From the NCBI RefSeq assembly GCF_009914755.1, contig NC_060928.1: a stretch of 64,000 nucleotides of DNA. One strand, 5' to 3'. The notes beneath the pieces were generated by a model. That model ran no database searches and was not told where the DNA came from. It saw nothing but the letters and a program-made list of their open reading frames with translations. Every line of letters begins with the position of its first letter. Within the stretch, counting starts at the first letter, position 1. This stretch comes from the human T2T-CHM13v2.0 reference genome, Homo sapiens. Below, in pieces: positions 13,211 to 25,888 of the stretch. Position numbers and translations under genes: made by a program.

Positions 13211-14684
13211 TTTTTATTATAGTATTTGTCAAGTTGTCCTTTTATTTTTACTGACTCTATCATGAAGGTCCAGAAACAACAGAAAATTTCAAATCAAAGG
13301 AAGACAAGACAAATAACGACTTCTTTGCTTCCCCCCCACACTCTTTCCATCTACAATTTCTATACAGATCTTACTTGTATTCATTACATGAGTATCCATA
13401 TTGCCTTTATTCTCAAAGGTGTGTGCATCCTCTTTAAAATTATTCTCTGAGGAAAATATTTCTTTACCTTAAAAAAAGTCACATATCAGAATCTTCGCTT
13501 TGTCCATTTTCTTTTTATCTCTTCTGATAGTGAAGGTGTTTTGAAGGGCCTGTTATTTATATTTTATGACATATGAGAAGACTGGATATAATATATATGT
13601 TTGAAGAAAAATGGCTGCTTAATAATTTATTTTTATATAGCTAAGGTTTAATTGCTTCTGGAATACAGTGGTCAGTGATTTTAGTAAAAAAAAAAAAAGG
13701 TAATTATAGATAACAGAAGCTGTAATTTTATTCATGTGCTATGATATTTAGAGGTAACCAAGAATATTTCAGTTTTTTTCAGTGATCACATTACTTCTAG
13801 CCACTCTTATAATTACAATTTAGCTCTTTTGCCATGTGTATAAATATGTAGGCCTTTCATGTATATTTTTATACATGTACCAATTCATACACTCTAATAA
13901 AAATACTATATGATGTAATCTGAATTCATTTTCCATAAAATAAGGTAAACAGTAACTAAACTAAAAATCAAAAATATTGTAGGCCTATACTATTTCCAAG
14001 ACTATAATTTGTCAATTAAACCAAACACATTCATAGATATAATGTGGGGCAAAATAATAAATTAATAATCTTCTGGTTTCATTGTAAATTCTGCTACTAC
14101 TATTAGTAGAAATGTGCAGATAAGAGCAAATTTCAGAGTAGGTACAAAAACATAATGCATTTTCAGCAAATATGAATATTCTCACTAATTAAATGAAAAA
14201 TTAAAATAGCACATTTTACAGTAAGTATTAGTAGGATATGTGTTGTTTTTCCTTACACTTATAGTATAAACATATACACATTTGTACTAATCCAAAATGT
14301 GTTTTATAAACTTTCAAATAATATAAAAATAAAATATGTTATCAGAAGCCTGTCCAATGTGAGAATGTTTTGTAATGTTTACCATGATTCTTTTAGGTTA
14401 ATTACCTCTTGAGGTTTGCTTTTCAGTGAGATAGATGCCTTCTTTTTACAAAAATAACTGTGTATATGTGTGTGTGCTTTAATTATTTCTATGCAGTTTA
14501 TATACATGTGGGTGGCTTATCTATATGTTCGATATTACTTCTCAATATAAAACAAAAGTGTATTTGAGCCTAGAGCAAGTCAAAATGAAGATTTTCTGAT
14601 GCCATCGTGTAGAGCATAAGGCCTCAGTCATTGGGCTTTCTCTAAACCTTTGTAGGTTTTGAAGAATGCCAGTTTTATAGGCAG

Positions 14685-14860
14685 AAATAGTTTCATGGTT
14701 TGTATCCTGTGCAGTCACATAGGGTCCTGATATCAAAAAGGCTGCTATGCTTGATTTAATACTGTGCAGTTGCCTTCTTAAAATTCTTAACGATTTTTGA
14801 ACAAGAGGCTCCATATTTTCTATTTTACCTGGACTCTACATATCGCATAGCTACTCCAGC
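14685..14860. mobile_element. hAT DNA transposon relic (MER91A-like)
   Basis: CCTGTGCAGTCACATAGGG...AAATTCTTAACGATTTTTGAACAAGAGGCTCCATATTTTC matches recalled MER91A consensus. Confidence 0.7.
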
Positions 14861-14958
14861 TCACAGGGTGCAGAAAGGAGGGTGAAATTGTAACTTTTGC
14901 TTCAGAATAAACTACAACTCATGGACTACAGCTGTATGCCCCCGAGGAAGCAAGCTAA

Positions 14959-15247
<289 letters not shown>

Positions 15248-15559
15248 AAGCTGAAAGTTTTTAACCTCACTCCCAATCCCTGAACTATACTGTAAGACAT
15301 CACATTATCGTTAGTATGAGGTAAAATAAGCAACACACACCAGCAAAGTTAAGGGTCAGTTATGGCAAAATTACTAATAGGTAAAAAGGGTTAAGGTGAT
15401 AAATATTAAATGGGCAAAAGACAGACATAATATTATAATAATAATTGTTAATAGCTGTAAAAATTTTGAATTAATTTAGATGTAATTTTAAAAGTATGTA
15501 TCTTATGATGTGGATGTTGAAAAATATACAAAGAAGAACTTAGTAACTCGTATTAGAAT

Positions 15560-16260
15560 ATTTTAATATGACTTAACTACAAACTGATAAGGAAAAAATA
15601 ATTGCAAATACTTGGAACCTTTGAGGAAAACAATTTAGTAAATGTAATCTGTGTTCAATAGAGAAAGTATATAAATTATTTTCAAGTTCATATGAGAAAA
15701 TTAGCCCCCAAAATGCACATTTGGCCAAAAATAATTTGTTAAATAAAGGCCATGTAATTGATATCATATAAGTCCTATTCTCAGATCACAAAACAATGCA
15801 ATTAAAACCCTACATTAATCACCATTAGAGCACCAGAGTAATAATTACTGCTGGCAAAATCCACTGATGAATACTCAAATTAGTGGGCAAAACATTAAGG
15901 AGAAACAGAATATTTGCATAAACTTAAAGTATCTTCCTCCAAATTTATAAAATACAGCGATGGATTTAACATTTGAATATAAATTATTTCATACCCCTCC
16001 CCTCAGGAGGTGGAGTGCAATATCCTTCTCATTATTATGAATGTGGGCTGGACTTAGTTACTCCATTCGAACAGAGAATAGAAAGAAAATATTAACTTTA
16101 GAGAAAAAATTTAAACACCACTTTAATTAAGTGAACAAGGTTAACATTATCTATGATAAGTCATGTTGATATTATTCACCCTCTGATATGATGTGATGAG
16201 CAGGGGAGTGGAGAAAGTCCCATGTATGAATGGATAAACAAAATGAAAGAAAACATACAT
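15560..16260 (+). mobile_element. Ancient L1 fragments (L1MC/MD-like)
   Basis: TTCTCAGATCACAAAACAATGCAATTAAAAC (endonuclease region) and 3'-UTR-like GGAGAAACAGAATATTTGCATA, AATGTGGGCTGGACTTAGT. Confidence 0.55.
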
Positions 16261-17084
16261 GCATATGTGCATACACACCACAATTATCTGTTATCAAATA
16301 TATACTATTAGGGATCAATTTAATTGAATTCATGAATCAGCTTATCAGCTTATCTTGGTTTTTTTAGTTAAAAAGAATGTTATCAACATTTTATTAAAAT
16401 AAATGATCCAAATTCATAATTCTAAGAAAACCTTTTATTGAAGTTTAGTATATACAAAGCACACATGTCATAAGAGTATATGTAGAGTAAGCCCAGGGAA
16501 GAGTAAGCCCAGTGAAGTTTTGGAAAGTGAACGGACCCATGTAACCAACTTCCATATCAAGAGATATATTATTAATAAAGTCCAAGAACCAAGAAGCCAC
16601 CATCCAAGAACCAATTCATTTTCCCCAAGAACTGAAATTTCTGTTATCCTAGTATATGCAAAAATTTAAATTATCTTAATCAATAGGTGATTTTTTGTGG
16701 TTGTTACCATGATTTTGTTTTGAAAGTTTAACTCTGCTTTATTCTTTATTTTATTATTGATAGATACAAAAATAATCTTGTTGATCTAAATGTGATGTAA
16801 TCCAGACTTTCTGTGGCAGTCAGACTTACCATGGAGCTAAGACCCTGGTCATCTTAGGATCTTTACAAATAATAATGTTTTATTAGAATTTTTGTTTGTT
16901 TGTTTCAAAAATCTTAGGTTTTTAAGAATCATTTACAAGATTTACCCCAAATTGTATAAATACTATAGAAATTTATAGCTTCAAATTCAATAAGCCATCA
17001 TAAATTCACTTTTTGCCCTGAAAGAAAAATTCATATTTAGAAGTTTGAGACACTCCAAAAGTAAGAGTTAGGATGCTACAACTT

Positions 17085-17557
17085 TCTTTTTTATTAATTT
17101 TAATGTTAAGTTCTGAGGTACATGTGCAATATGTACGAGTTTGTTACATAGGTAAACGTGCGTCATGGTGGTTAGGTGCACCTGTCAACCCATCACCTAG
17201 GTGTTAAGCCCAGCAAGCATTAGCTATTTTTCCTAATGCTCTCCTTCCCCATAGTCCACCCGCTGACAGGCCCCAGTGTTTGCCATTTCCCTCCCTGTGT
17301 CTGTCCATGTCTTCTCATTGTTCAGCTCGCACTTATAAATGAGAACATGTGGTGTTTTGTTTTCTGTTCCTTCATTAGTTTGCTAAGGATAATGGCTTCC
17401 ATCTCCATCCATGACCCTGCAAAGGACATGATCTCATTCCTTTTTATGGCTGCATACTATTCCATGGTATATATGTACTACATTTTCTTTATCCAGTCTA
17501 TCATTGATGGGCATTTAGGTTGATTCCATGTCTTTCCTATTGTGAATAGTGCTGCAA
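17085..17557 (-). mobile_element. L1PA 3' end (older L1PA), 5'-truncated
   Basis: GGTACATGTGCAA...TTTGTTACATAGGTAAACGTG...GTGAATAGTGCTGCAA; flanking duplication GCTACAACTTTC / GCTGCAACTTTC. Confidence 0.93.
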
Positions 17558-17769
17558 CTTTCAATGAAAGACAATGGACAACCATGATGTGTGTTAAACA
17601 TAGTAGTGACAAGGTCAATATTACTTGTGATCAAAACATATTATCCTACAACGTTCTAAAGCTTAGAAAAGCTTGATTAAGTTTGGGATTAAACGTCAAT
17701 AAACATGGGACTGTTCTGCAGCAAAATCCACTCAAGATCATTTTGCTCCTCATTTCAGACACTTTTAAA

Positions 17770-17970
17770 ATTTTAATTAGGTAGTTTTTAGTATATACAC
17801 AATGTTGTAAAATTATCATCACTGTCTTATAAGGGAATATTTTTATTACCTCAAAAGAAACCGCATGAGCTTTAGCATTAACTCACCATTTTAATTTTAA
17901 TGGACTTTAATTGGACGGTTTAATCCATTTCTATTTAAAGTAACTACCAATAAGAAAGGACTTACATCTG
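17770..17970 (-). mobile_element. Ancient L1M fragments
   Basis: TTTTTAGTATATACACAATGTTGT..., TTTAATCCATTTCTATTTAAAGTAA. Confidence 0.45.
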
Positions 17971-18087
17971 TTGGCTAGTAATATATTTTTGTATTGCCCT
18001 GCCATTTCCAAAATGTTTTCTTCTAACTTATTCATGTGATACCTATAGTAATTCTGTAAAGAGGGTTTCATTATCCCCATTTAGAAT

Positions 18088-18640
18088 GGTTTTCTATTTC
18101 TGCATAACAAATTACTGCTAACATAGTTACTCCAATAACGTGTTTGCTAACCCACATTCTGTTGGGCAGGAATTCAGAAATCATTCAGCTGGGTCCTTGG
18201 CAGAGTTGCAATCCAGGGGTTAGAAGAAGATAGATTATCTTCTTCATGATGCTCAATTAGAGAAGGTTCCAACTCTGTTCATTCAAGTTGTTGGAAGAAT
18301 TCATTTTCCTTGAAGTTGTAGGACTGAAAGTAGCAATTTCTTGCCAGTTGTCATCCTGAGGCTGCCCTCATTTCCTAGAGGATACTCATAGTTCCTTGAC
18401 GTGAAGTACCCTCAAATATATGCTTGCTTCCTCAAAGTCAGCAAGGCAGAAAGATAATTCAGAAGGATCGTTGCTACAAACTTACATGTAATCATGTACA
18501 TCTTGTCATAGTTGCTATTACTTTATTGGTTATAGTCAAATCAAATTCCCACCTATCCTCCAGGAAAGGGAATCACACATGGGCATGAACACTAGCAGCA
18601 GAGATGATGGAGCTCACCTTAGGAGTTTATCACCCACACC
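18088..18640 (-). mobile_element. MaLR LTR (MLT1 family)
   Basis: TTTCTATTTCTGCATAACAAATTAC...GGGCAGGAATTCAG...GTTGTTGGAAGAATTCATTTTCCTTGAAGTTGTAGGACTGA...CACCCACA. Confidence 0.75.
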
Positions 18641-19019
18641 ATCTCTTTCTATAAAATGAATCATCTTATGCTGCTAGGTAAATAGCCTAAACAAAATTTG
18701 AATACATTTTTTACTCTATTATTTTGGATACATTAATTTTATCCTCTATGTAATCTCGCTTTATAACCACAAAGTCAATGGGTAAAATAATGCATGGAAG
18801 AATAAAAACATGATAGATTAACCATGACTTTAAATACTGGATATGTCAAGAAGAATTTTTTTAGGGCTACTACAAAAACAATTGTCAGAAATAGTATTGC
18901 CAGATCCATTTTAAAATGCCAGTAATTTAAAAAGTATTTTAAAAGTAAATTTATATTAAATGTAGTGTTCAACCTTAAAAACTATTTATTTAGAACAGTG
19001 TAAAACTTGTATTAAATTA

Positions 19020-19412
<393 letters not shown>

Positions 19413-21199
19413 TGTATAATTAAAAAAAAAAAAAGAACTTGGAGCATAAGCAATGGTACTAAGATGCCTTAAAGGAAATAATTTATCTCTTCTCTGATCG
19501 GAAGCTTCGTGTTTCTTCCTGGGATAAATAAACAAATACATATATAAAAACAATAATTTTGGTGATTAATATGAGATGTACTTGCATAAACATAACCTTC
19601 TGCAAAAAAAATAATAAATGAGAACCATTGGGCCAATGTAAAAAGGTGGTGGATATATTGATATCTTGTTTTGTCAGTTGGGAAGTACATCTTTCTCCAT
19701 GTAGTTGCTCATTAAGGAGGATTTGGTAAAGTGTTTGAAGGACAAGTAACAGAAGGTAAGATTGGAAAAAGAAGACTGAATAGTGCTTTTGCTTTTTGCT
19801 CTTACCTCCCAAGCAGCAGAGAAAAATTCCAGAATTCCTGAGAGCTGGTGGGGTTTGGTAAACAAAACTCACTTTCAAAAGTGTTCTCTGTACCCCCTTA
19901 TTTCTTGCTTCTCCTCTATTCCAGCCTCAGCAGCTTTAATGATTCAGAATTGAGTCACAGTCTACACCCTAGGAGAACAGAAGGCTTTATACAATCATCA
20001 AAAAAAAAAAAAAAAAAAAGCCAGCACTTTAAGGATGAGAAAGATTCAGAAGTCTTTAGCACTGTTGGAAACAGTCACCCAAGACACTATCCTGCCCAAC
20101 CATGGGCACAAGAGTGAATGAAGTTACCATGGAACGTAGGGTGAAGTCATGATAGTCTGTGAGGGCTAGAGAGAAAGAGCCCTTCATCCCAGGCAGACCT
20201 AAAGGCTGGAAAGTGAATAGGAAAGTAGACAAAGAAAGGGAAAGAAAGCCTCCGAGTCCAAAGCCATCCGCGATAATTTGCTTCCAAAGCTCTGGTGTTT
20301 TCTAGCCCCCGTCAGGTGGAAAAGTGATCTCCCAGCAGCTCTGAACCTAACCCTTGAAATGCTGAACTTAAGCCATAGGATATAGCAAAACTTGCAGTGA
20401 AGAAACATGAAAGAGATTAAAATGACCTTTGCCTTGTTGCTTCTATATATGAATGTATGGTAGAAATCAATGCTGGATGTTACATGTCTATAAGTTTTTA
20501 TCCCTGTAACAAAGTGATCATTCTGACAATAGGAAAGTTGGAGATAGATAAGTGAGTTAATAAGACAAACTCACCTGCCCTTTGCCACTAGTGAGTTTGT
20601 TAAAATTGAGCTTGAGTGCCAATCAATTTATTGGCTGCTTTGGGTACTGAGGATAGAACAACTCTCTAAAAGTGTTAATGATTTTTTGCTGATTAGAAAC
20701 TTTTCAAGAGAAGGCTACATCCAAAGAGATGAAGTACTTACTGGCAGGTAATCTTGGGGTGATTTAGACTTAGGGTTATGAAGGAGCTACTAGATATATT
20801 CTTCTATGAAATGTAGGTTGTTAATGGGCTCTTGTTAAACTGAAGTTCTAAGCCATAGAAACCTGATACCTCTCTGGCTTAATGCTCTTTTTTTTAAGTA
20901 GGTCAAGTTCAAGTCTTTATTTAAGAAGGTGGAAAAGGCTGGAAAAGCTGTGCTTATTGATTAGATATGGTGTGGTGAATATTGTTGCTAACATGTTTCT
21001 AACAGCCTCTTGGCTTTACATGAGAATATGGCTGCTGTCCCTTTGGGAACATGAAATACCATCATTGGGGTGATACTGGCATCTTTGGGCTGGGAGGATT
21101 TATGTCCTGCTCCACTGCCTGAAGTAAAGCTGAACCTGTTGACTCTTTTGGAATTTGACTCACTAAAGTTCCCCTAAGTGACAGAAACTGGATGACTGA

Positions 21200-21830
21200 T
21201 GTTAATTGAAACCCAGTGGTGTTTACTGTAGATTTTTCAGCCTCAGTGCCAGCTATTCCAAGCTGAAAGCAGGCATGACCATCTGCTCAGTGGACAGAAC
21301 TTGGACTCTGAAACTGGTACAGATGAATATCACCCTTTTTGGGGGACATGGTTGTGGAAGTGGATCATAATTGTGGAATGAACTATCTGGATCAGCTAAG
21401 TAGATACACTTGGCAATGGTCTGTTCTCTGATGAGAGCACCTGAAATCACACTACTGCCTGAGTATTGTATGTTTCCGAGGCAGAGGAAATCAACTGCAA
21501 GTCAGACTATGACTTGTTCCAGGGATGCCCCCTTCATCTCTAGGTTATGGAGGACTTACTACATAGACTGTGGCCCCAGTATCCTCTGGCAAATTTACAA
21601 ATTCAGGATTTCTACCTGCTCTCCAGTCTTACTAATTAGCTGCCTCTGTCACATGGTCCTTGAGGATAATTTGTGTCATATATTTGGCTTTGTGGACCAT
21701 TTGCTGTTTGATAAGGAAGTGCCTTTCATGGTAGAATTTATACAACAACAAGCTGATAGACTGACTTTACTTCCTTCATCTTCTGATCCACAGAACTTAG
21801 TTTGGCAGTTTGCTGTTGTCAGTTGATTGG
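21200..21830 (+). pseudogene. pol: Retroviral pol remnant (RNase H + integrase core)
   Basis: RNase H motifs as above; ORF 21410-21826 carries GPSILWQIY and NLCHIFGFVDHLLFDKEVPF..FIQQQAD, resembling ERV3 integrase WQID..., LCH.FG.PDHLQSDNG..F and TQQWA; stops and frameshifts throughout. Confidence 0.72.
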
Positions 21831-22439
21831 TTGGTTTGTTAGTTTTGTAAATGCAGTCATACTAAGAAAGGGATTATCTCCTCTATTCTGTTGCCTAGAG
21901 GATAATCAGGATGAAAGGAGTGGGGAACTTTAGGGATTATATTTTGAAATTTCAGAATTCTGCCCTTTCTATTCCTGGGCATAATGCATCATTCTTTCTC
22001 TGGACTGCACCCCCACATCAGCCTGGGTAGCAGACTCTCTTGACTGTAACTTGCACAAAAGTAGACCTAGATGATTTACTCTTGATTCTGGCTGAATTAG
22101 ATGAAAATGTGTTTGTCCTTCTTGCACCAGAAAGATCTGCAAGTCAGACTTTGCACCAGAAAGATCTACTGCAAGAGGGACAATAGCATTTTCATATAAT
22201 TTCTAGATGATGTCTGAGTGACAGCAGATGACTGGGGAAAATGGAAATTTGTGTTTACTGAAATAGGACAGACTAATTTTGTGAAAGTGAAGAAAGAAAA
22301 AAAAAAAATCCCGACACATGAGGAGACAACTCTGTAAATACTAAAAGGTACAGACAAAAGGAGCATTAATATTCATTGTTTCAGAATTGCCCCGGGAGCT
22401 TTTCTGCAGAAGGAAAATACTCTAGTATTGCTCCCCGAT

Positions 22440-23760
22440 ACAGTTGCAAGTATCTTAAAGCCCGAGTCTGCCATCCCTCACCAGATAATTCTGACCATGA
22501 GTCAGTCGGTGATGGTCCCAGCTCCTACACCTTAGGTTAAAAGCACCTCTAGATGTTGCCTTCACCTCTATTCTCAGTCATTCTGAGGGGTTCGTGAATT
22601 GTGTCATGGACAAGCAGGGCAGATTGAACTGACTACCCTGAAGCAGTCCCTCTGAAACCCGTGACTGAATTCTATCATTTACACTGAATAAGAATATCTA
22701 AGGCTTACCATCTTGTGGAAGATGGACAGTCCTGCAGGAAGCTCCAGTGGGGTACTACAGATCACTGGGAACTTGCGCCATCTGACTGTTGTATGTTTCA
22801 TTTGGGAGGCCCCAATAATTGTTTCCAGGGGAACTGTATTTGCTTCAGCATTGTACTTGTGTGAAATGCATGTATTGATTTTTCTCACTCAGAAAAACAC
22901 TGTGATTTGCACATAGGAGTGGTTATAATATACATTTAACTATTTTTTTAAATACCACTAGTAAACCAGGTAGCCCTCAGTTGACTGTGAAGATCTCTTC
23001 AAAATGAGGATATACTCAGTTACCTGGGAGAATTTCCTAGAGGTAAAACTGGCTTATTATTCATACATATTATGGTAACAATTTTACCCACAAGGGAGTC
23101 ATTCCATTTACAAAGTTTAGGCCAGACGCTGTGGCTCGCACCTGTAAACCCAGCACTTTGGGAGGCCAAGGCAGGTGGATCACTTGAGGCCAGAGGTTTG
23201 AGACCAGCCTGACCAACATAGTGAAAACCCGTCTCTACAAAAAATACAAAAATCAGCTGGGATGTGGTGGCATATGCCTGTAATCCCAGCTACTCAAAAG
23301 GATGAGGCACAAGAATCACTTGAACCTGGGAGGCAGAGGTTACGGTGAGCCAAAATGGTGCTGCTGCACTACAGCTTGGGTGACAGAGCAAGACTCTGTC
23401 TCAAAAAATAAATAAATGAAAATATAGTTCAAAATTTGTCAGTACCTTAGACTTTTTCTTGCAAGCCAAGGTTGCATCTGTGCAATCACTAGTGCATCCT
23501 GCTATATCTGGCTTAATGCCTTGGCTAGATGGAAAGATCTATACAGAAATTTAAAGAGAAAGCTACCTGGTTTCCTAAGATTCATTGATGGTTTACAAGA
23601 TTTATTCAGCTGGCTGAATTTTGGAGCTGAAATAAATACTGCAGGTTGGTTTCACCCTGCTTCCCTGAGTCCTACTGATAATCGTGTTAAGTGCCATATA
23701 AGACAAACTGAATAGATGTGTTTCTAGCCCTGTCATTCTTTCATATTCATCAGAATGGCC
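22440..23760 (+). pseudogene. env: Retroviral env remnant (gamma-type TM), interrupted by an Alu
   Basis: LDF/LASQGCICAITSASCYIWLNA (23447-23520; ISD end + C-X6-C-[C>Y]), then ERSIQKFKEKATWF (from 23532) and DLFSWLNFG; IVQNLS just upstream; possible SU VCHP near 22465. Confidence 0.75.
23120..23422 (+). mobile_element. Alu SINE (AluS-like) inserted in the env remnant
   Basis: GGCCAGACGCTGTGGCTCGCACCTGTAA...AGACTCTGTCTCAAAAAATAAATAAAT. Confidence 0.95.
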
Positions 23761-23825
23761 AATTCAGTGGTACACTGATGGAAAATATGCCGGAATTTAG
23801 ACCACACAGAATTGAGGAGTAGACC

Positions 23826-24285
23826 TGTTAGGAAATAATGCTCATGAAAATATCCTCATGTCTGCTTAGTCAGTTTTCTCTTAAATGAAAAAATGACAAC
23901 CTGAGTTAAAGTATAATTGAATTGCCACCCTTGAAGACATAGAAACATCTTCCCCTAAGCAATTTGTTTAAATTTTAGAGGTGGCCAAAATAGAAACCTT
24001 CCCCTCCCCTCAGATAGGTTTCATCTATATTCCAGAGCAAAGTTTAATCTCCCTCCCTTCCTCTCTAAGGCAGGGAAGATGGACTGACTGCTTTGCCAAC
24101 TGTCTTAGACAATTTCCAAGATTCAAAATTTTGTTGTCCTCCTGTTGTACAAGCCCCATTGTACGTTCTGGCCCTCAATATATAACCATGTCAGGAAGTG
24201 AGACATACAGAGGCATGAAAGCTGCTTTGTGAGTAAATAAATGGTTTGATCCTTGATCCTGAGGTCTTGTGTTTTTGTCAGTGTG
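23826..24285 (+). mobile_element. 3' LTR of the decayed ERV3 provirus (possibly MER76-like), 3'-truncated
   Basis: Preceded by GAGGAGTAGACC (ERV-L-type PPT GAGGGGTGGAC), starts TGTTAGG, AATAAA at 24236-24241; family name tentative. Confidence 0.62.
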
Positions 24286-25605
24286 TTTAGGTGCATGTGT
24301 GTGTCCATACATCATATGCACAGACACATAGATAGACACACTAATATCTGTTTGTTCATACAAGATGACATTTCAGAAACGTCACAGTTTAAAATTCAAC
24401 TCTAATAAAATTCCAGTGGCATAATTAGAAAATCAGCAGTAAATGTTAAAAACCCAGCTCATGCTATGATTCTCTAGCCATGTCATGTTCATTTTTGAAA
24501 ATTTAGAAAAATTTAGAAAATTTAGTTGGTAACATTATTTTAGCATAAATATTGGAAACTCTTGATGCAGCTACATCTTAAAATTATCAGAGTTAATCAA
24601 CGTAGGGAAAAACACAAGGGGGCTAACACCTGCTAAATGACCCTTAAATGAAACTTCTCATTACAGTTATGTATTTTAATAACACTTTTATATACTCTTA
24701 TTAAATGTTTGCCCTTTAAGGGCATACATAATTTCCATCTATGTAAATTCTCCTAATTAAAAATCTCTACAGCATCATCATAAACTTTATCTGGGTATTG
24801 TGGTTAAAAAGACCTTTGATGTCACAGTGTTATATAGCTTAAAAAGACACATTTATTTATAACCCCTAAGGTAACAAAAAAATAGACGTGATGAACTCTT
24901 GAATTTTTTGCTTTTAAAATAACTTATCAGGTCGAATTCTGACTTCAGTATACTTATGTTGTCAATAAATATATTTTATTTATGGATAGTTTACAGGATG
25001 GTTTATCTTTATCTACCATCTGGAATAAAAAGAGAGATAATGATAGTAAGCTATTTAGTAGCTCATGGCAGCTGGTACATAAATTTACAGTTATCAATTG
25101 ACAAACAGCAATTATCAATCAATACCAGTAAAATTATGTCTACTAGTTACTATACTTGAAACATTAGCAAAAATTGTACACTTACTAGTTCAAAATTAAA
25201 GAATGATTATATTATTGAAGTCTGTATATCATTTCATTGGATAATGAAAACTCTATAAAAACTAACAATAGCTACTTTATTCGTAATTGCTACCTTATTC
25301 TCTTTAATTTTATCACAATAAATATCTAACTATTACATATTAATAGAGTAATATTGATAAAAAATGCTGGTGACTAAAAATTTATATTAAGAGTTTTCTT
25401 TGATTCTGCCCTTTTGATCCTCCTATTCAGAAGATCCTCCTATTCAGAAGTTTATATCAATATGTAATTGACCTGCTATTGTTTGCATTACTGTCTCTCC
25501 CATTTGATATTGGAATTCATTTTTCATCCATGTTATAATCATCTTCTGCTGTCTTTCCCTATCCTCTGATACAGCTGTTCCAATTAATAGCAGTATCAGT
25601 TTCTA

Positions 25606-25888
25606 AGCCCGATGTGGTTGCTCACACCTGTAATCCCAGTACTTTGGGAGGCCAAGGCAGGTCTCGGCTGGACCCTGAGACCAACATGATCAATATGGTG
25701 AAACCTTGTCTCCACTAAAAATACAAAAATTAGCTGGGCATGGCGGAGAACGCCTATAATCCCAGCTACTCAGGAGGCTGAGGCAGGAGAGTCGCTTGAA
25801 CCTGAGAGGCAGAGGTTTCAGTGAGCTGAGATCGTGCCATTGCACTCCAGCCTGGGCAACAGAAGGAACCTCAGTCTCCAAAAAAAAA
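25606..25888 (+). mobile_element. Alu SINE (AluS-like) with rearranged left arm
   Basis: Alu body; flanks GCAGTATCAGTTTC / GCAGTATCGGTTATCAGTTTC. Confidence 0.93.

Larger units (their letters stand above)
20600..24285 (+). mobile_element. Highly decayed class III (ERV-L/S-like) provirus: pol-env-PPT-3'LTR
   Basis: Collinear remnants: FIGCFGY* (20627-20650, RT thumb); SAQWTEL (21282-21302) and PFWGTWLWKWI...WIS*VDTLGNGLFSDEST*NH (21334-21450), both RNase H; WQI (21587) and LCHIFGFVDHLLFD..PF (21671-21727), integrase; env TM 23447-23625; PPT; LTR. The 5' boundary is uncertain. Confidence 0.75.

Noticed and set aside
19483-19878. 131-aa minus-strand ORF
   Set aside because: AT-rich hydrophobic composition, no domain or splice support
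21410-21826. 138-aa ORF as a cellular or domesticated gene
   Set aside because: Decayed integrase frame: the first catalytic Asp of WQID reads Y, non-ATG start, neighbouring motifs in other frames
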